DNA of 56,456 nt, taken from positions 1-56,456 of the forward strand of contig NW_026250461.1 in the NCBI RefSeq assembly GCF_024521635.1, given 5' to 3'. The notes beneath the pieces were generated by a model, which was not told where the DNA came from, did no database searches, and saw nothing but the letters and a program-made list of their open reading frames with translations. Source of the DNA: Tricharina praecox (Eukaryota). Positions 12,064 to 23,791 of the stretch are shown here, piece by piece. The position numbers were made by a program, and so were the translations under genes. The number at the start of each line of letters is the position of its first letter. The stretch's first letter is position 1.

Positions 12064-13785
12064 TGTGTGTGTATGGGGGGGCGTGTGTTTAATTTCTTGC
12101 GTTCGTTGGCTCGTTGGCTCGTGAAGGTGATGGTGATGGTGATGATGATGATGATGAAGGCGAGGGCGAAGGTGATTGTGAAGGCAGGGAGATCAATCAA
12201 CGGGCGCGGGTTTTTTCCCGTCGCGCTCTACTTAAAGACTTAGAGTCTTAAGCCTCGACGGGCAGAGTCTGGTCGGTCGCATGCGGGCTGGCATTGGCAT
12301 TGGCGCCGCATACTGCTGCTTCTGCTGCTGCAGGTGGTGTAACAGCGAGAGGTGGCTGGCTGGCTTCGTGGTGTTTGTTGATCCAAGCGATCGACCGACC
12401 GACCGGGATTCTTCAGCTGGCATTGGCCCACTGCGGGTTTTGTTTTGTGTGCATGTGGCATGTGGGGAATCCGCTCCGGCAAATCGATATCGATGGACGT
12501 CCGTATGTGCAAATGTACCGACACGGTTGTTCCTCTACGATTAGCGATCGAGCGCCCTGCCTGCGCTGGGCTGTGGCTGCCTACGGCGGAATCGGAAGCG
12601 GATGCTGATGGCGCGATTGCGGATCGATGATCTGTCGAGACTCGGCGGACTCGGCGGAGCTGTGGAGCTGCGGACTGGACCCTGTAATACCGTACCAGGT
12701 AGCTGTGGCCTTTGAAGCTTGGGAAACATCACAGACAACAAAGCCTCCTCCATATGCTACTCTACATGGAGACCGAAGACTGCGGATCACGAAACGATTC
12801 ACTATGTTTCAACCTCTCATACCGGTAGGGGAACAGGCAGGAACACTGTTTTAATTCTACATACTGCTTCTGGACTAACCGAACAGGTAGATACTTCTTA
12901 ATAATCTATTAGTAAAACCACTCTATCCTGGTTTAGACATCGGGCCTGGACAGGGACGACATCGTGCCTCATCCTCTCCCCAGGGGTCCGGCGAAGGGCC
13001 GATATCTGAGGACTCATCATACTTTGGGTTTCAGCTTTTAAACCTATATATGGCAGGAAATAAGAGGGTATGAAGTATACGGAAAGAAAAGAAAAAGGAG
13101 CGGTATCAGTTGGCCAGATCGAAATGAAGAAAGTTCGAAACGCGAGATAAAGATATGAAGAAAAATACCCGAACGAATGCGTCTCAAACCAACAGACCCC
13201 CCTCCCTCCCTCCGAAGTATACAGCAAACTCATCATCACGGGTCATCAATTCTACTATAGAGGAGCGATAACGGTAACGGGGGGAGAAGTGAGTCTTGAG
13301 ATAAGTAGTGAAATAGTGTAACGGGAGAAGAAGAAAAACTACAAGAAAACCCCCTGAAGAAAGTTGAAAGTTGAAACATCCATCCACCACAACCACAACC
13401 ACCAATCGCGAGATCACCGCTCTGGGGGACATAAGTGGGTAGACAAACTGGAATACAAACAAAAAAAAGAAAGAGAGAGTGAAAGCAATAGAAATGTAAC
13501 CACACGTCGAGGTCAAGGGGAGGGTATTAGGAAATAGGGAAAGGGAAAGAGAAAACCCGGAAAGCTGTCACAGACGCAAACACAAGAAAAAGATAAAGGG
13601 AAAAAGAAGAAAAAACCGACAGATATAAAATCGCGGGCTCATCCAGATCCCGTCTTGCAAAGTAACCCCACAGAAGCCCAACTTGAGAGAAAGAAAAGAG
13701 AAAAAACCATCCCCACAGACTCCCAACCCAGAGCGCCTACCGCAATCATACAAACACATCCATTTTCGCTCCTGCCAGAGGTCGA

Positions 13786-15624
13786 TCAGAACCGTCTCCG
13801 CGTTCTATTTCCCGAGCCCAGCCTCTCGCTCCTCCAGTTCTCGTACCAGTATTCCCTGCTCTTTTCTCTGAGCTCGGCCCGCCACTCGCTGAAGACACTG
13901 TCTTTGAGCCTAGTGAAGTCGCAGTGGGCCTCGTTGTGTGGATCCGCGAATCCCCACGGGAAGTGGCGGCCGAGGGGCTCGCCGGGCTGGTAGGAATCCG
14001 GGGATATGATCGACAACGGGATGAAACACAGACCAGCGGTGATGCCCATGGGGCGTTGGAACTCAGCCGAAGAGTCAGCCGTGGCGGACCTATCTTCGTC
14101 GTCATCCCCAGCCGCAGTGTGGCCACGTGCAACGCCCGAATCTTCATCGTCATCGTGTTCCGGGCCTTCTTCATCCTCTTCCACCAATGAGCCTCGCTGG
14201 CCTGCCTTGTGGTGCTCGTCCTCCTCAACCTCCAGCTCCAGTGACTCGAGAGGGTCCTCGTGTGCCGCGGCAAGTCCCCTTCGGACGATGTCCTTGAGGT
14301 ACTCCATGTGCTTGGAGGTGCAGGTATCGGACTTGCTGATGACCGGAATCACCACCGACTTGCCATGGAGGGCTTTGAGGACCGAGATATCGAGGTCGGG
14401 ATCCAGGCCACCGGCCTCGTTGGATCCGACTTTGCCAGGGAAGTGGTTGTTGGGGGTCAATCTGGCAGGATCGAGGAGCAGGAATACGCAGTGGATGTGG
14501 GTGTCTCTAATTCCCGGAGCACGGATAACCTTTGTTTCCTCGGAGAATGTCTCTTGGAACTTGTCCTCGATGAAAGCGACGGTCTCTCGCAGCTGCAGGT
14601 CGACCATATTCTTTTCCAATCCGGCCGAGTCCCACAAAGTAAGACCAATGCGTTCACCGTCGATCTCCGTCTCAATGTACGTTGACTTGAAGGGACTATC
14701 GGAAGTAGTGCCAGTGTGATCGGTCTGAGGGGGCGTGTCTCCTGTATGACCGCGTTTCTTGAGGGAGAGCGAGTGACCCAGAAATCGCAGGAACGACGTC
14801 TTTCCAGAGTTCCTGGCGCCGATAACCAGCACACTATCGGTAGTCCGTCAGCATTGCTCGGGATGTATGCAGATCGTCACGATGGGGGCAGATGGGTAGT
14901 GCAGAGCTCACTTCCGACGGGAGAGTGCATGTAAGTTGGGACCAGCAGCCAACCAATTTACAAATACAACGGGAAGTTGCCGCACGACACCGAAAATCAG
15001 GGAAGAGACAGTTTGAGTCACTTACTTGAACGGAGTAGGGTCTTTCCTCCTTCTCACCCGTCTGGGAGAGTTGACGGTGCTCACAGCGCTACTAGCATAA
15101 CTGTATCTTCCGCGGTGTGCCATACTTCCGACATTCGCGTATGGGTCTTCCGAGATGGGTACCGAAGTACTCCTGACGTACTCGCCAGCCGGACCGATGA
15201 CCGAATCCGAGCTCTTCCTGCCGGGGACGAATCCGCCCATGGCTGCATGGTACTGTGGCTGTTGCTTCCTGTAACCGTTGCTGACGGTCTCCTCGCTGGC
15301 ATTGAACCTGCCGGAGAGGATGTCGACCGAGTCCCTCACGTCCTTGCCGAGAAGGTGATTGGGGTAGCTGCCGTTATTGGCGGAGCCATTGACAGGAAGG
15401 TCGGGAAGCTTGGGAGGGGAGGGGGCAACGACAGGCATCTTGCGTACAGGATCACCAGACTTACTGCGGCGGAGAAAACCGAGTGTGCGGCGGGAGGAGG
15501 CGGGAGTGGAGGAGGTTGTGGAGCGAGAGGGTATTGGGGGAACAGGAGGATGTTGGGGTTGCTGCTGCTCGGCGGACTTTGGAGTGGGCGGCCGCTTGGC
15601 GGATGACTGAGAGCGAGACGACAT
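13786..15624 (-). CDS. aspE: Group 5 septin (AspE-like)
   Basis: RRRKDPTPFN|VLVIGARNSGKTSF (P-loop), LWDSAGL, DTHIHCVFLLLDP, VIPVISKSD, GRHFPWG.ADP...HCDF. Intron 14834-15025. Confidence 0.88.
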
Positions 15625-16009
15625 TTCTGGTTTAGGTGAGGATGCGAACTTCCCAAAGCGTCAGTGAGTGCGTGTGGGCGAGTGGGCGTGCGTGAGTTTG
15701 TTTGTGTGTGTGAAAGCGTCGTGGAGGGGCGATGGGTGATGGTTCGTGCTGGGGACAGGCTTGCAAGCTGCGCCTCTACCGGGTGCCCTGGGGACCGAAA
15801 GATTGGGCGAATGAGATAGATGAAGGTTGAATTGAAGTTGCAAATCACCACTTTTGGCGAGAAAGACGGAGTCAAAGAGAGTGAGAACGAGAGTGAGAGC
15901 GAGAGTGAGAACGAAAGTGAGAGTGAGAGCGAGTGAGTGAGAGTGGGTGAGGGTTTCCGTGCTTGTTCCGTCGTCCGAGTGCGAATATATCGTCCGTTGA
16001 CCTGTCCGC

Positions 16010-16849
16010 CTAGCCGAGTAGGATGCGAAAAAAGATCGACTGACTATTAGCGATTGACCGCTGTGGATGTTCTCGATATATGTTGCTATGAAATTCTGCG
16101 CTCAGCGCTGAGGGCGGGGGCGGGAAGGGGGCAGTTGAAAGTGTAGCGACGATCTGTTGTCGTTGCGAGGCGGAACCGATGGATGTCCCTGGTGATGGCG
16201 CGGTCCTTCGAGCTCTACTCAAAACAGCCTCAGGTGACGAGTAATCTATTGCGAACAGCCCAAAATAAGCAGAAGCCTTTAACAACCCATCCCCCCCTTC
16301 TCCGCCCAGCCATCAGAAACACAACGACGAATGAAAAGAGGCACGAAGGAACGAAGGCAGGCAGGAACCCTTCGAATCCGCATCCTGCCTTCTTCTTCTT
16401 CCCTGCAGCAGCAGCAGCTGCTGCTGCTGCCCCTCCCCCTCCAGCTCCAGCTCCCCCAACCTCCCCACTCCTCCACCCCTCCCCATACAGCTGCAGCACT
16501 CAGGCTCACACACGCGTGCAGAAACCACACAAAGAACAATTCCCCACAAACGGATATTCGCCAAACGAACCTTTTCTTTCTTGCTTTCGTCGATTCAAAA
16601 CGACACCTGGTCCCTTTGCAGAATCCTTCTCCTTGTCCTTCTTCTTCTTTCTCGTCCAGCAAGCTAGCGAGACTTCTTTGTGCACGGAGGGCTGTTGTGA
16701 GACAGCAGCCTGGCCGGTCGACTTGGAACGAACGAGCGAACGAACGTGAGGAGAATGCGGTGCTTCAGCGGTGGAAGGATGGTGATGATGGGTCGCCAGG
16801 TCCCACCGAAGAAATAAATGGCAAGTTGAAAATGCACTCGAGTACTCAC
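16010..16849 (-). other. Possible ~840-bp 5'-UTR intron of the septin gene
   Basis: Consensus donor AG|GTGAGT at 16849, a GCTAAT branch point and a pyrimidine tract ending CTAG at 16010. Inferred from splice signals only. Confidence 0.4.
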
Positions 16850-17949
16850 CTAGCAAGCGGCTGTCGTGATTTGCGTGATGGCTCGGTTACGGACCTTCCA
16901 GAGGAGCTGCGAGCTATGTCGACCGACACTTACGATGAGAAAATACCAGGCTGAAGCTGGGCCGTGCTATGAGAAGGACGATGACGACGACGAAAACGAC
17001 GACGGCGACGGCGGGAAAGCGGCTGCGACGGGGACGACGTGATGCACTCGTGTTTCTTCGGCAGAGTACGTGAACGCGACAGAAAGATGGAATTGAGCAG
17101 TGTAGACAACACGCGCGGTACGTTCAGGTAGGTGGTGATTTGCAAAAACCCAGTTGCAGTGCAGTTGCAGACGAGATGTGGTGGAGGGAGGTTTGTTTTC
17201 TTCCTTTTTCCTTTTCCCCGTCCATTGGTCTCTGGTGGAATAGGGGGTTTGTTTGACCAGCCAGTAAAGGTAGGAGTGGGATGCGCTCATCTCCCTCCCC
17301 TCACCCTCCAAACCTGAACCCTTCCCCATCCAGCGCCATCTGATAAATTGCCGCCTCGGGCAACGCCATCGCGTCCCCCCCAATGATCGAACGGGGCTAG
17401 GTTTTATTTGGCGTGCGTGCGGCTACAGGGTCTCGGACTGAACTTTGAAGTCTGAAGTGCAGGGATCGACAGCTCAGATAATTGGGCCGCGAAAACACGC
17501 GGACGTCAAGAGTCAAGACTCAAGCCTCAAGCCTCAAGCCAGAGCTCTGGCTGTTGTTGCGGACCCAGCGCATGCTTACCAACCAGGAGCAGTTACCTAA
17601 GTGCTTAGTGTTGCTTGGTTAGTCCTGCAGCTAATTGTCCGTGATTTCTCGCAGACAGTGGGACACCCTAATTACGCCTGCAGCGCAACCTAGGTACCGA
17701 CTTACCTACGTCCTTACTTAAGTGGTGGTTACCTATGATGCGGTGGGCTTGACGGGTGGGGCTTCGCGGAGACCGTTCCCGTCGGCTCCCCCTCCAGAGT
17801 CCAGAGTCCAGGCGTCTGGCCACTTGCCCCGGCACGTCGCACGGCACATGAATGATGGTGCCTTTCTGCCGCCCCCCTCATCCCAGCCTCCATCTGCCTC
17901 TTCGCTATCTACCCGAGTACTCTATTCTATCTACTCTTCTCTACAGGAC

Positions 17950-18112
17950 TCTACGGTTACTCTACGGCTACTCCACGGTTACTTCCTACTCTACGGCTAC
18001 TCCACGGTTACTTCCTACTCTACTCTACGGTTACTCTATAGTAGCAGCGGAGAAAGCGAACGTTCTCATCAGCCACATGGGCCATCAGAGCTACATGGGC
18101 CATCAGAGCTCT
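17950..18112. repeat. Cluster of short tandem duplications (CTACGG-rich ~29-mer x2; 18-mer ACATGGGCCATCAGAGCT x2)
   Basis: Read directly from the sequence. Confidence 0.8.
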
Positions 18113-19251
18113 ACGGGAGCCCGTGACATCGCTGCGATCGTTCGCAAAACTGGGGTTGAAATCCAACTGCAAGCCAGCTATGCACCTGCGCTCCATCGCT
18201 CCATGTTCTCCTGTACCCTGCCCTTCGCTTCCCAAGAAAAGAAACACTGATCCATCACTCGGGTCTCAACTATATTCATCGCAGCCGCAACAGCCCCGAT
18301 GTCCATCGCGAATAGACTTCACGTCGACCAGGCTCCCGATCGAGATTTGTCTGCAACCGTTCCCACCTCACCGCCGTCAACGAACCGGGTGGATTGGCTC
18401 TCTTTGCGAGCGGTGAAGATCATCAGCCAAGCTAGAATGTTAACTGCCTCTTGCTCTCACAGACTAGCAAGTGGGGCAAGTCGTTGCAGCCCGATGATAT
18501 CAAAACGAGTGCATAGGCTAGTGCCCAAGCACTTATTGCCAGCCTCAGAATGAACCCCAGGAGTACGATCTCGACACGCGGGTCCATGGCCGCAGTCCCG
18601 TTTGGAAAGGCAGTGGCGGAGGGGGGTCAGGCGCTACCCAATCGAGCACAGGATAAATTATTGCGAGATATGATCTGTGATCTATTATCATGTACGATCA
18701 ACCCGAACAGATCCGATGCGATCCAGTCACAACCTCTCGCGGCTGCCCTGCGGGCCCACCCGTCACAAGTGCTGGCCTAGCCTTTGCCTCTACGCATCTG
18801 ATTCGCGCGGTATGCCCACCCGACAGACAAGCCATGGAAATACCTTTCGAGGCAAAAGACCCCCTCGAGTATCCGCCTTCCCCGTTTGGGTGGAGGCAGT
18901 CCCAGACGGTACAGACTCTATGTCATCGGCCACGACAAAGTGGTCGTATGTTTGAAAAGGGTATTCGTCCAGCCGGGCTGGTTGAACTTATAAGCTATGG
19001 GCCTTCGCCTCTGCTGCACCATCCCGCCTTCCAAGAGCCTGGTTCAGTATTGCCTCATTCCGGTTCCCTCCAAATACTCACTCCGCTGGTCATCTTCCAT
19101 CATTACACTATCCTCCTGGTCCTCCCGGTCATCCCCCATCACTGCACTATCTTCCTGTTCCTCCTGCTCCTCCTGTAACTATCCCTGATCTCCGCACTTC
19201 CCGTCCCACATCATACCCACCATCTCTCTCACCGGTCAGTCACCCGGCACA

Positions 19252-19953
19252 ATGTCCCGCAAAACGGCCACCTTCGTTTGCAACATCTGCGAGGTCCCCT
19301 TCCCCTCCTCCGGAGCCCTCGCCTCTCACAAAGAGGATCGCCATGTCCTGGGACGGTTCCTCTGCATATGGTGCGGAAAAGTCTTCCCGCTCAAGATGGA
19401 ACTGCGGGAGCACGGCCGACACTGTACTTCGGAGCCCGTGGAAAGCGGCACCGAATACTACCGTGCCTCCCAGCCAGAAAGGAAACGTGTCGAGGAAGCT
19501 TTTGGCGTCAGACACCAGACGGCTGCGCCCATGAAGCACCGCACGCCCTTTGCATCCTTCAACAATAACAACTATACCACCCAGAACGACAGACAAGTTG
19601 GTGGCGGCATGTACACCACGTTCTCGGTGGCACCTGCCAACCACAGCACCGCCGGTTCCTCCCAGCAGACGTACGAAGGGAGCTTCTATCCGCAGAATCC
19701 GTATGCGCTCCCCGGACCCGAGGGCATGCAGCACTATGCTCCCACCCACCCGCAGAACTCGGCTAGCTCCTCCTCCTCCGCTTCCGCTTCCCGCTGGATA
19801 GAGGAGCAGCAGCAGCCACGTGAGCAGCCGGGGTCCCTCGAGTACCACCAGGCCCAGGCCGCTGCCCAGTACATGGCCGGCTTACCCGTGAGCGAGGAGG
19901 AGGAGCAGCAGAGGTACTGGGCCTACGGGTATCCCCCCGCTTCGGGGGCCTGA
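19252..19953 (+). CDS. C2H2 zinc-finger protein (two N-terminal fingers, Q/Y/P-rich tail), 233 aa
   Basis: FVCNICEVPF...LASHKEDRH and FLCIWCGKVF...LREHGRHC; ATG in 'cacaATG' context after a pyrimidine-rich leader. Confidence 0.8.
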   Translation: MSRKTATFVCNICEVPFPSSGALASHKEDRHVLGRFLCIWCGKVFPLKMELREHGRHCTSEPVESGTEYYRASQPERKRVEEAFGVRHQTAAPMKHRTPFASFNNNNYTTQNDRQVGGGMYTTFSVAPANHSTAGSSQQTYEGSFYPQNPYALPGPEGMQHYAPTHPQNSASSSSSASASRWIEEQQQPREQPGSLEYHQAQAAAQYMAGLPVSEEEEQQRYWAYGYPPASGA

Positions 19954-20111
19954 GAGCCTGATTTGTGGCTCGTGATTCCGTTTCATTTCCCCTCCCCCTT
20001 ACTAAGTACCTATCCCTTCACGGCCATCATCAGATGTGCGTTCTGCATGTTTACTATGATCCCCTTGGTTCGGTTTGGTTCGGTTAGTCAGGTGTGTATG
20101 TATCGTCTATT

Positions 20112-20248
20112 GGGTTTTTACTCCGCTGGAGTTTGGTGTGCATCGTCTGCATCGTATCGTCTACATTATCATATAGGGTTTTACTCCGCTGGAGTTTGGT
20201 GTGCATCGTCTTTACATAGGGTTTTTGCTCCACTGGAGTTGGTTTGCG
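20112..20248. repeat. Three ~36-bp direct repeats downstream of the C2H2 gene (probable 3' UTR)
   Basis: gggtttt(t)actccgctggagtttggtgtgcatcgtct at 20112 and 20176; a degenerate third copy at 20219. Confidence 0.8.
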
Positions 20249-21000
20249 TTTTGATTTTTGGATTCTTTGGGGCTTGTTCGGATACTCTATGTACCTGCTA
20301 TATGTGTCCGGACGTTGTGTGTACTCTATACCTATTTGTTATTAGCTCGGTGGGAATCAAATGTGATACCTGTCAGCCATCCAGTCAGATACCTCCTGGT
20401 GCATTGCAAATCAAATCGTACTCACTGACTTTTCTCTCGAGCTGTTGCCACCCACCGCCCAACTGCCAAACTGCCAAACCAAACCGCCAACCCTCTAAAC
20501 GGTGGGGAGAGGGTAGAGTGTGAGAGTCTGATAAGAGAGAGTGAGAGGGTGAGACGGTAGAGGATGAGAGTGGCATGATAACATAACCAGCCTACCTACT
20601 ACCTAGTCAGTAAGTTAGTAGGCGGTGTAAAGCAGTGAGCACGGTACGATACGATACGGTAGTCCATATAAACCATGTGCACGCATGCCGATGCGTAAGT
20701 AGGTACTCCGCGGATATGTGCATACAAGTGCATTACTGGTACGGTAGTCTGGTAGAGTATTCTGGTATTCCTCGATCGCGCCACCGCCACAAGAAGCAAG
20801 CAGGAAGAAGCAAGCCACCAGTCTGAATCGCAATCCGCCTAGGTATGTACGGTATTCCATTTGATTCCATCGGATGGGATCGCTCACTCACTCGGGGCGA
20901 GTGCGGATTTTTGGTTTCGTTTATTCAGTATTCAGTAATTACTTGCGATCTGTCTAGGTGGATCATGGTAAATTGGTAATGTCTACCCGTTTCCACGCCA

Positions 21001-21050
21001 CTGTACAACTGTCCAACTGTCCAACTGTCCAACTGTCCAACTGTCCAACT
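21001..21050. repeat. (CTGTCCAA)n octamer repeat, about 6 copies
   Basis: Read directly from the sequence. Confidence 0.9.
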
Positions 21051-23281
21051 GGCTAACCCAACTTTCGTCGGGCGGCTTGATGTGACTCGGGGTGGCTTTT
21101 CCTGCTCTCCGCCGTGGTCTGTCCTAACGATGTGAGCGCACCAAGGAAGCAACACTAGGTAGGAGAGAGAGAGAGATCTTTAGTTTATGTCGGATGCAGC
21201 CCATCGAAATAACACTAGGAACAGATTCCATCGCATCGATCACTCACTCGGCGCGAGTGCGGAGCTGTGAGTGCAGGCAGAGATAGTGGAGTAGAGTAAC
21301 TATTTCCAGCCCGAGCCTGAGCCACCGCAAAGCCACAGCGGATAGATGCGTCAGCGGGGGGGCCCCCACGCTTCGCGAAGGATTTCGCGGGTCGGGGCCG
21401 AGCGGTTGGAACTTGGCGTTGGGCCGCGTTGGAACACAGTTGGCACACAGTTGGTCCGTGTTGGCAGTGGACGCACAGTTACACCGTCAGTTATACGATT
21501 ACACAGTGACACAGTTGCACGGTTGAGTTACAGTTACGTTTGAGGGCGGAACACAGTTACACGGTTACGTCTGGGCAGTTACGTCTGGGCAGTTACGTCT
21601 GAGCCTTTGAGTGACTGAGCCTTGAGGGCTTGTAGGTAGTGGTACGTACTGTAGATACTGTAGAGTACGTGCGATGTGGAACGTAGACAAGGCTTGTACC
21701 GTAGTTTTGACGAGTCGAAGGTTACTCTACCAAAGCTGCAGTTGCAAACTCTCAACTCCCCCGATGACCCGTTCGGCAACCCAGATGTTCAACAGCACGC
21801 CACACTTTTTGTGTGTATTGTGGCTCAGTTGACAATATGTATTATGCAGTGTCTCAAATTGTTAACTTGGGGTGGTGTGCCGAACGCGAACGGTCACCCA
21901 TCGCCCGGAAACTGGGGGTTTCAAACTGTAGATGGTAGCTCGGTTTTGTGTGGTGGATTCAAAATGCCGCTGGTAACTGAACAGGCCGGAAGTCAGTAGG
22001 CAGAATGTATTGTACGGCACTCTATGGGTACTGAGGCTGAGTACCCACTATGATACGGTTACTACGGTACCTGTTGCCTACCACCACGATGATATGAGGG
22101 GAGCGATATGTAGGATATGTAGGATAGATAGGGGGAGGAGATCATGAGCGATGGACGAGATTAGATAAGGAGGAGTGGCAGGCCGGATCAGGTGGCCCCC
22201 AGCAGTGGAGAGATGGCTCTTATGTAGAAGTTGAATAGAACCTCAACTTCTCCATCGTTCTTCATTTTCACCGTTCCCTTTGCTGGGCTACGTCACTAGG
22301 CGCCGTACGGCTACTACGGTACAGTTGCTAGCAGCTAGAGAGTGGAGCTAAAAGGTTTCGATGCACTGCGATGCGACGGGGCCGGGGACGGGGATGGGAA
22401 TGTCCACGCAGGCCTGAACGCGGTGCGGTACGGTGCGGTACTCCGTGTTTATTCCGCCGACGCGGTCCCCCTCCCCCGCCTCCCGTCCGCGTATTCTGCT
22501 CGTGTGCGTGTGTAGGCTGTCGTAATATGTAGACTCGTACCGTAGACTCGTACCGCAGGGGAAACGTTGATCCTGGAGACTGGACTCTGGAGTTCCCTGG
22601 AGCTCCCTTCCCTGTCTGCCCGGCAGCCTGGCATCCTGCAAAGTTCGGTCGTCTTTGCCCCCATCCCGCCCATCCCATGCCGCCCAAGCACAAATCCCTG
22701 GCTGGCCGGCTCGCTCGCTCGCCTCCACACGATACTACGCTCTGCTATGATAGTCTCCACGCGCTGGATAGGGCTTGCAGGGGCACGACGACCCAGCCGG
22801 CAACACCGAGCTCCACAACTCGGAGGAGCTGAGAGAAAACGGTGTGAGATCCCGAAGCCGTGCATGGGGTGAGGGAGGGAGGAGGGAGGAGGGAGGAGGG
22901 AGGAGGGAGGAGGGAGGAGGAGGGAAGGGAGGAGACGGAGAGGAGAGGTCTTGATCACTCTACTCTCACTCTCACTCTGCTCTGCTGCTCTGTTCTCTGC
23001 TCCTACATACTCTTCCTACGTACTCTTCCTGCGTACACACACTCTCTACACACACATACACACATCCCCCCAGAAACCCCCCGCCTCCCCCATTGCGCCC
23101 AAACCCCCGACGAAATAAGAACAGGAAGAAGAAGAACAGGAATCATCTGGCCCCCAGAACTGCGTGCGAGAAATTTAACATATTCTGCGTTTGGGCGGAG
23201 GAACCAACGTCTGGAAGAAAGGAGTCAAGAGAAAAGAGGAAAGAGAAGGAAGAAAAAAGGCTTATCACGCCCTGCAACTGG

Positions 23282-23491
23282 GTAAGTACGCATGCACACC
23301 CAACCGACCGACCCCAAGGAAGGATGGACCCCCTCCCAACCCAAGCTTTTCCGCGTGTCCCTGTGCCGGGAAACGACCACTGTTGATGGGTGGATGGATG
23401 ATCTGACTGGCCTGGCCTGGGGCCTGGCCGATGGCGCATCTTTGCGATTACTCAACTGGACTGAACTGAACTGACTGGCAATGCGACGTAG
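23282..23491 (+). other. Probable 5'-UTR intron of the Zn2Cys6 gene
   Basis: GG|GTAAGT donor at 23282, CTGAC branch at 23471 and TAG acceptor at 23491. Follows a CT/CA-rich tract at ~22960-23070 that may mark the transcription start. Confidence 0.6.
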
Positions 23492-23791
23492 TGCGGAAGA
23501 AGGAGAACGAGAAGAAGGGGAAGAAGAAGAAAGTAAAAAAAGAAGCGGAACAGCAGGGAGAAGTGGAAGGGCAGTTACTCACCCAGCAACAACCAGTCCC
23601 GCGCCGCTCCTACGCTTCCCGGCCCCACGCCCAGTGCCCACGCCCGCTACGTAACGCAACCACCCACGTCCGCCGCCCACCTCTCGCGCATATCCTCGCG
23701 TAGCACCAACGCTCCACCACCACCCACCAACACACACGGCGGGCACCCGTCGTAGTCGTCGTCGTCGTCGTCGTCTTTGTCGCCCGAGGCC

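Noticed and set aside
11023..12243. 406-aa + strand ORF, and similar long antisense ORFs at 4363-5050, 14006-14719, 25925-26788 and 55153-55911
   Set aside because: Shadow ORFs opposite GC-rich real genes; no domains.
16183..16954. 188- and 207-aa ORFs
   Set aside because: Low-complexity sequence with no recognisable domain, lying in the septin upstream region.
20112..20248. CRISPR-like ~36-bp repeats with spacers
   Set aside because: Eukaryotic context, only three copies, unequal spacers (~27 and ~7 bp) that share sequence, and no cas genes.
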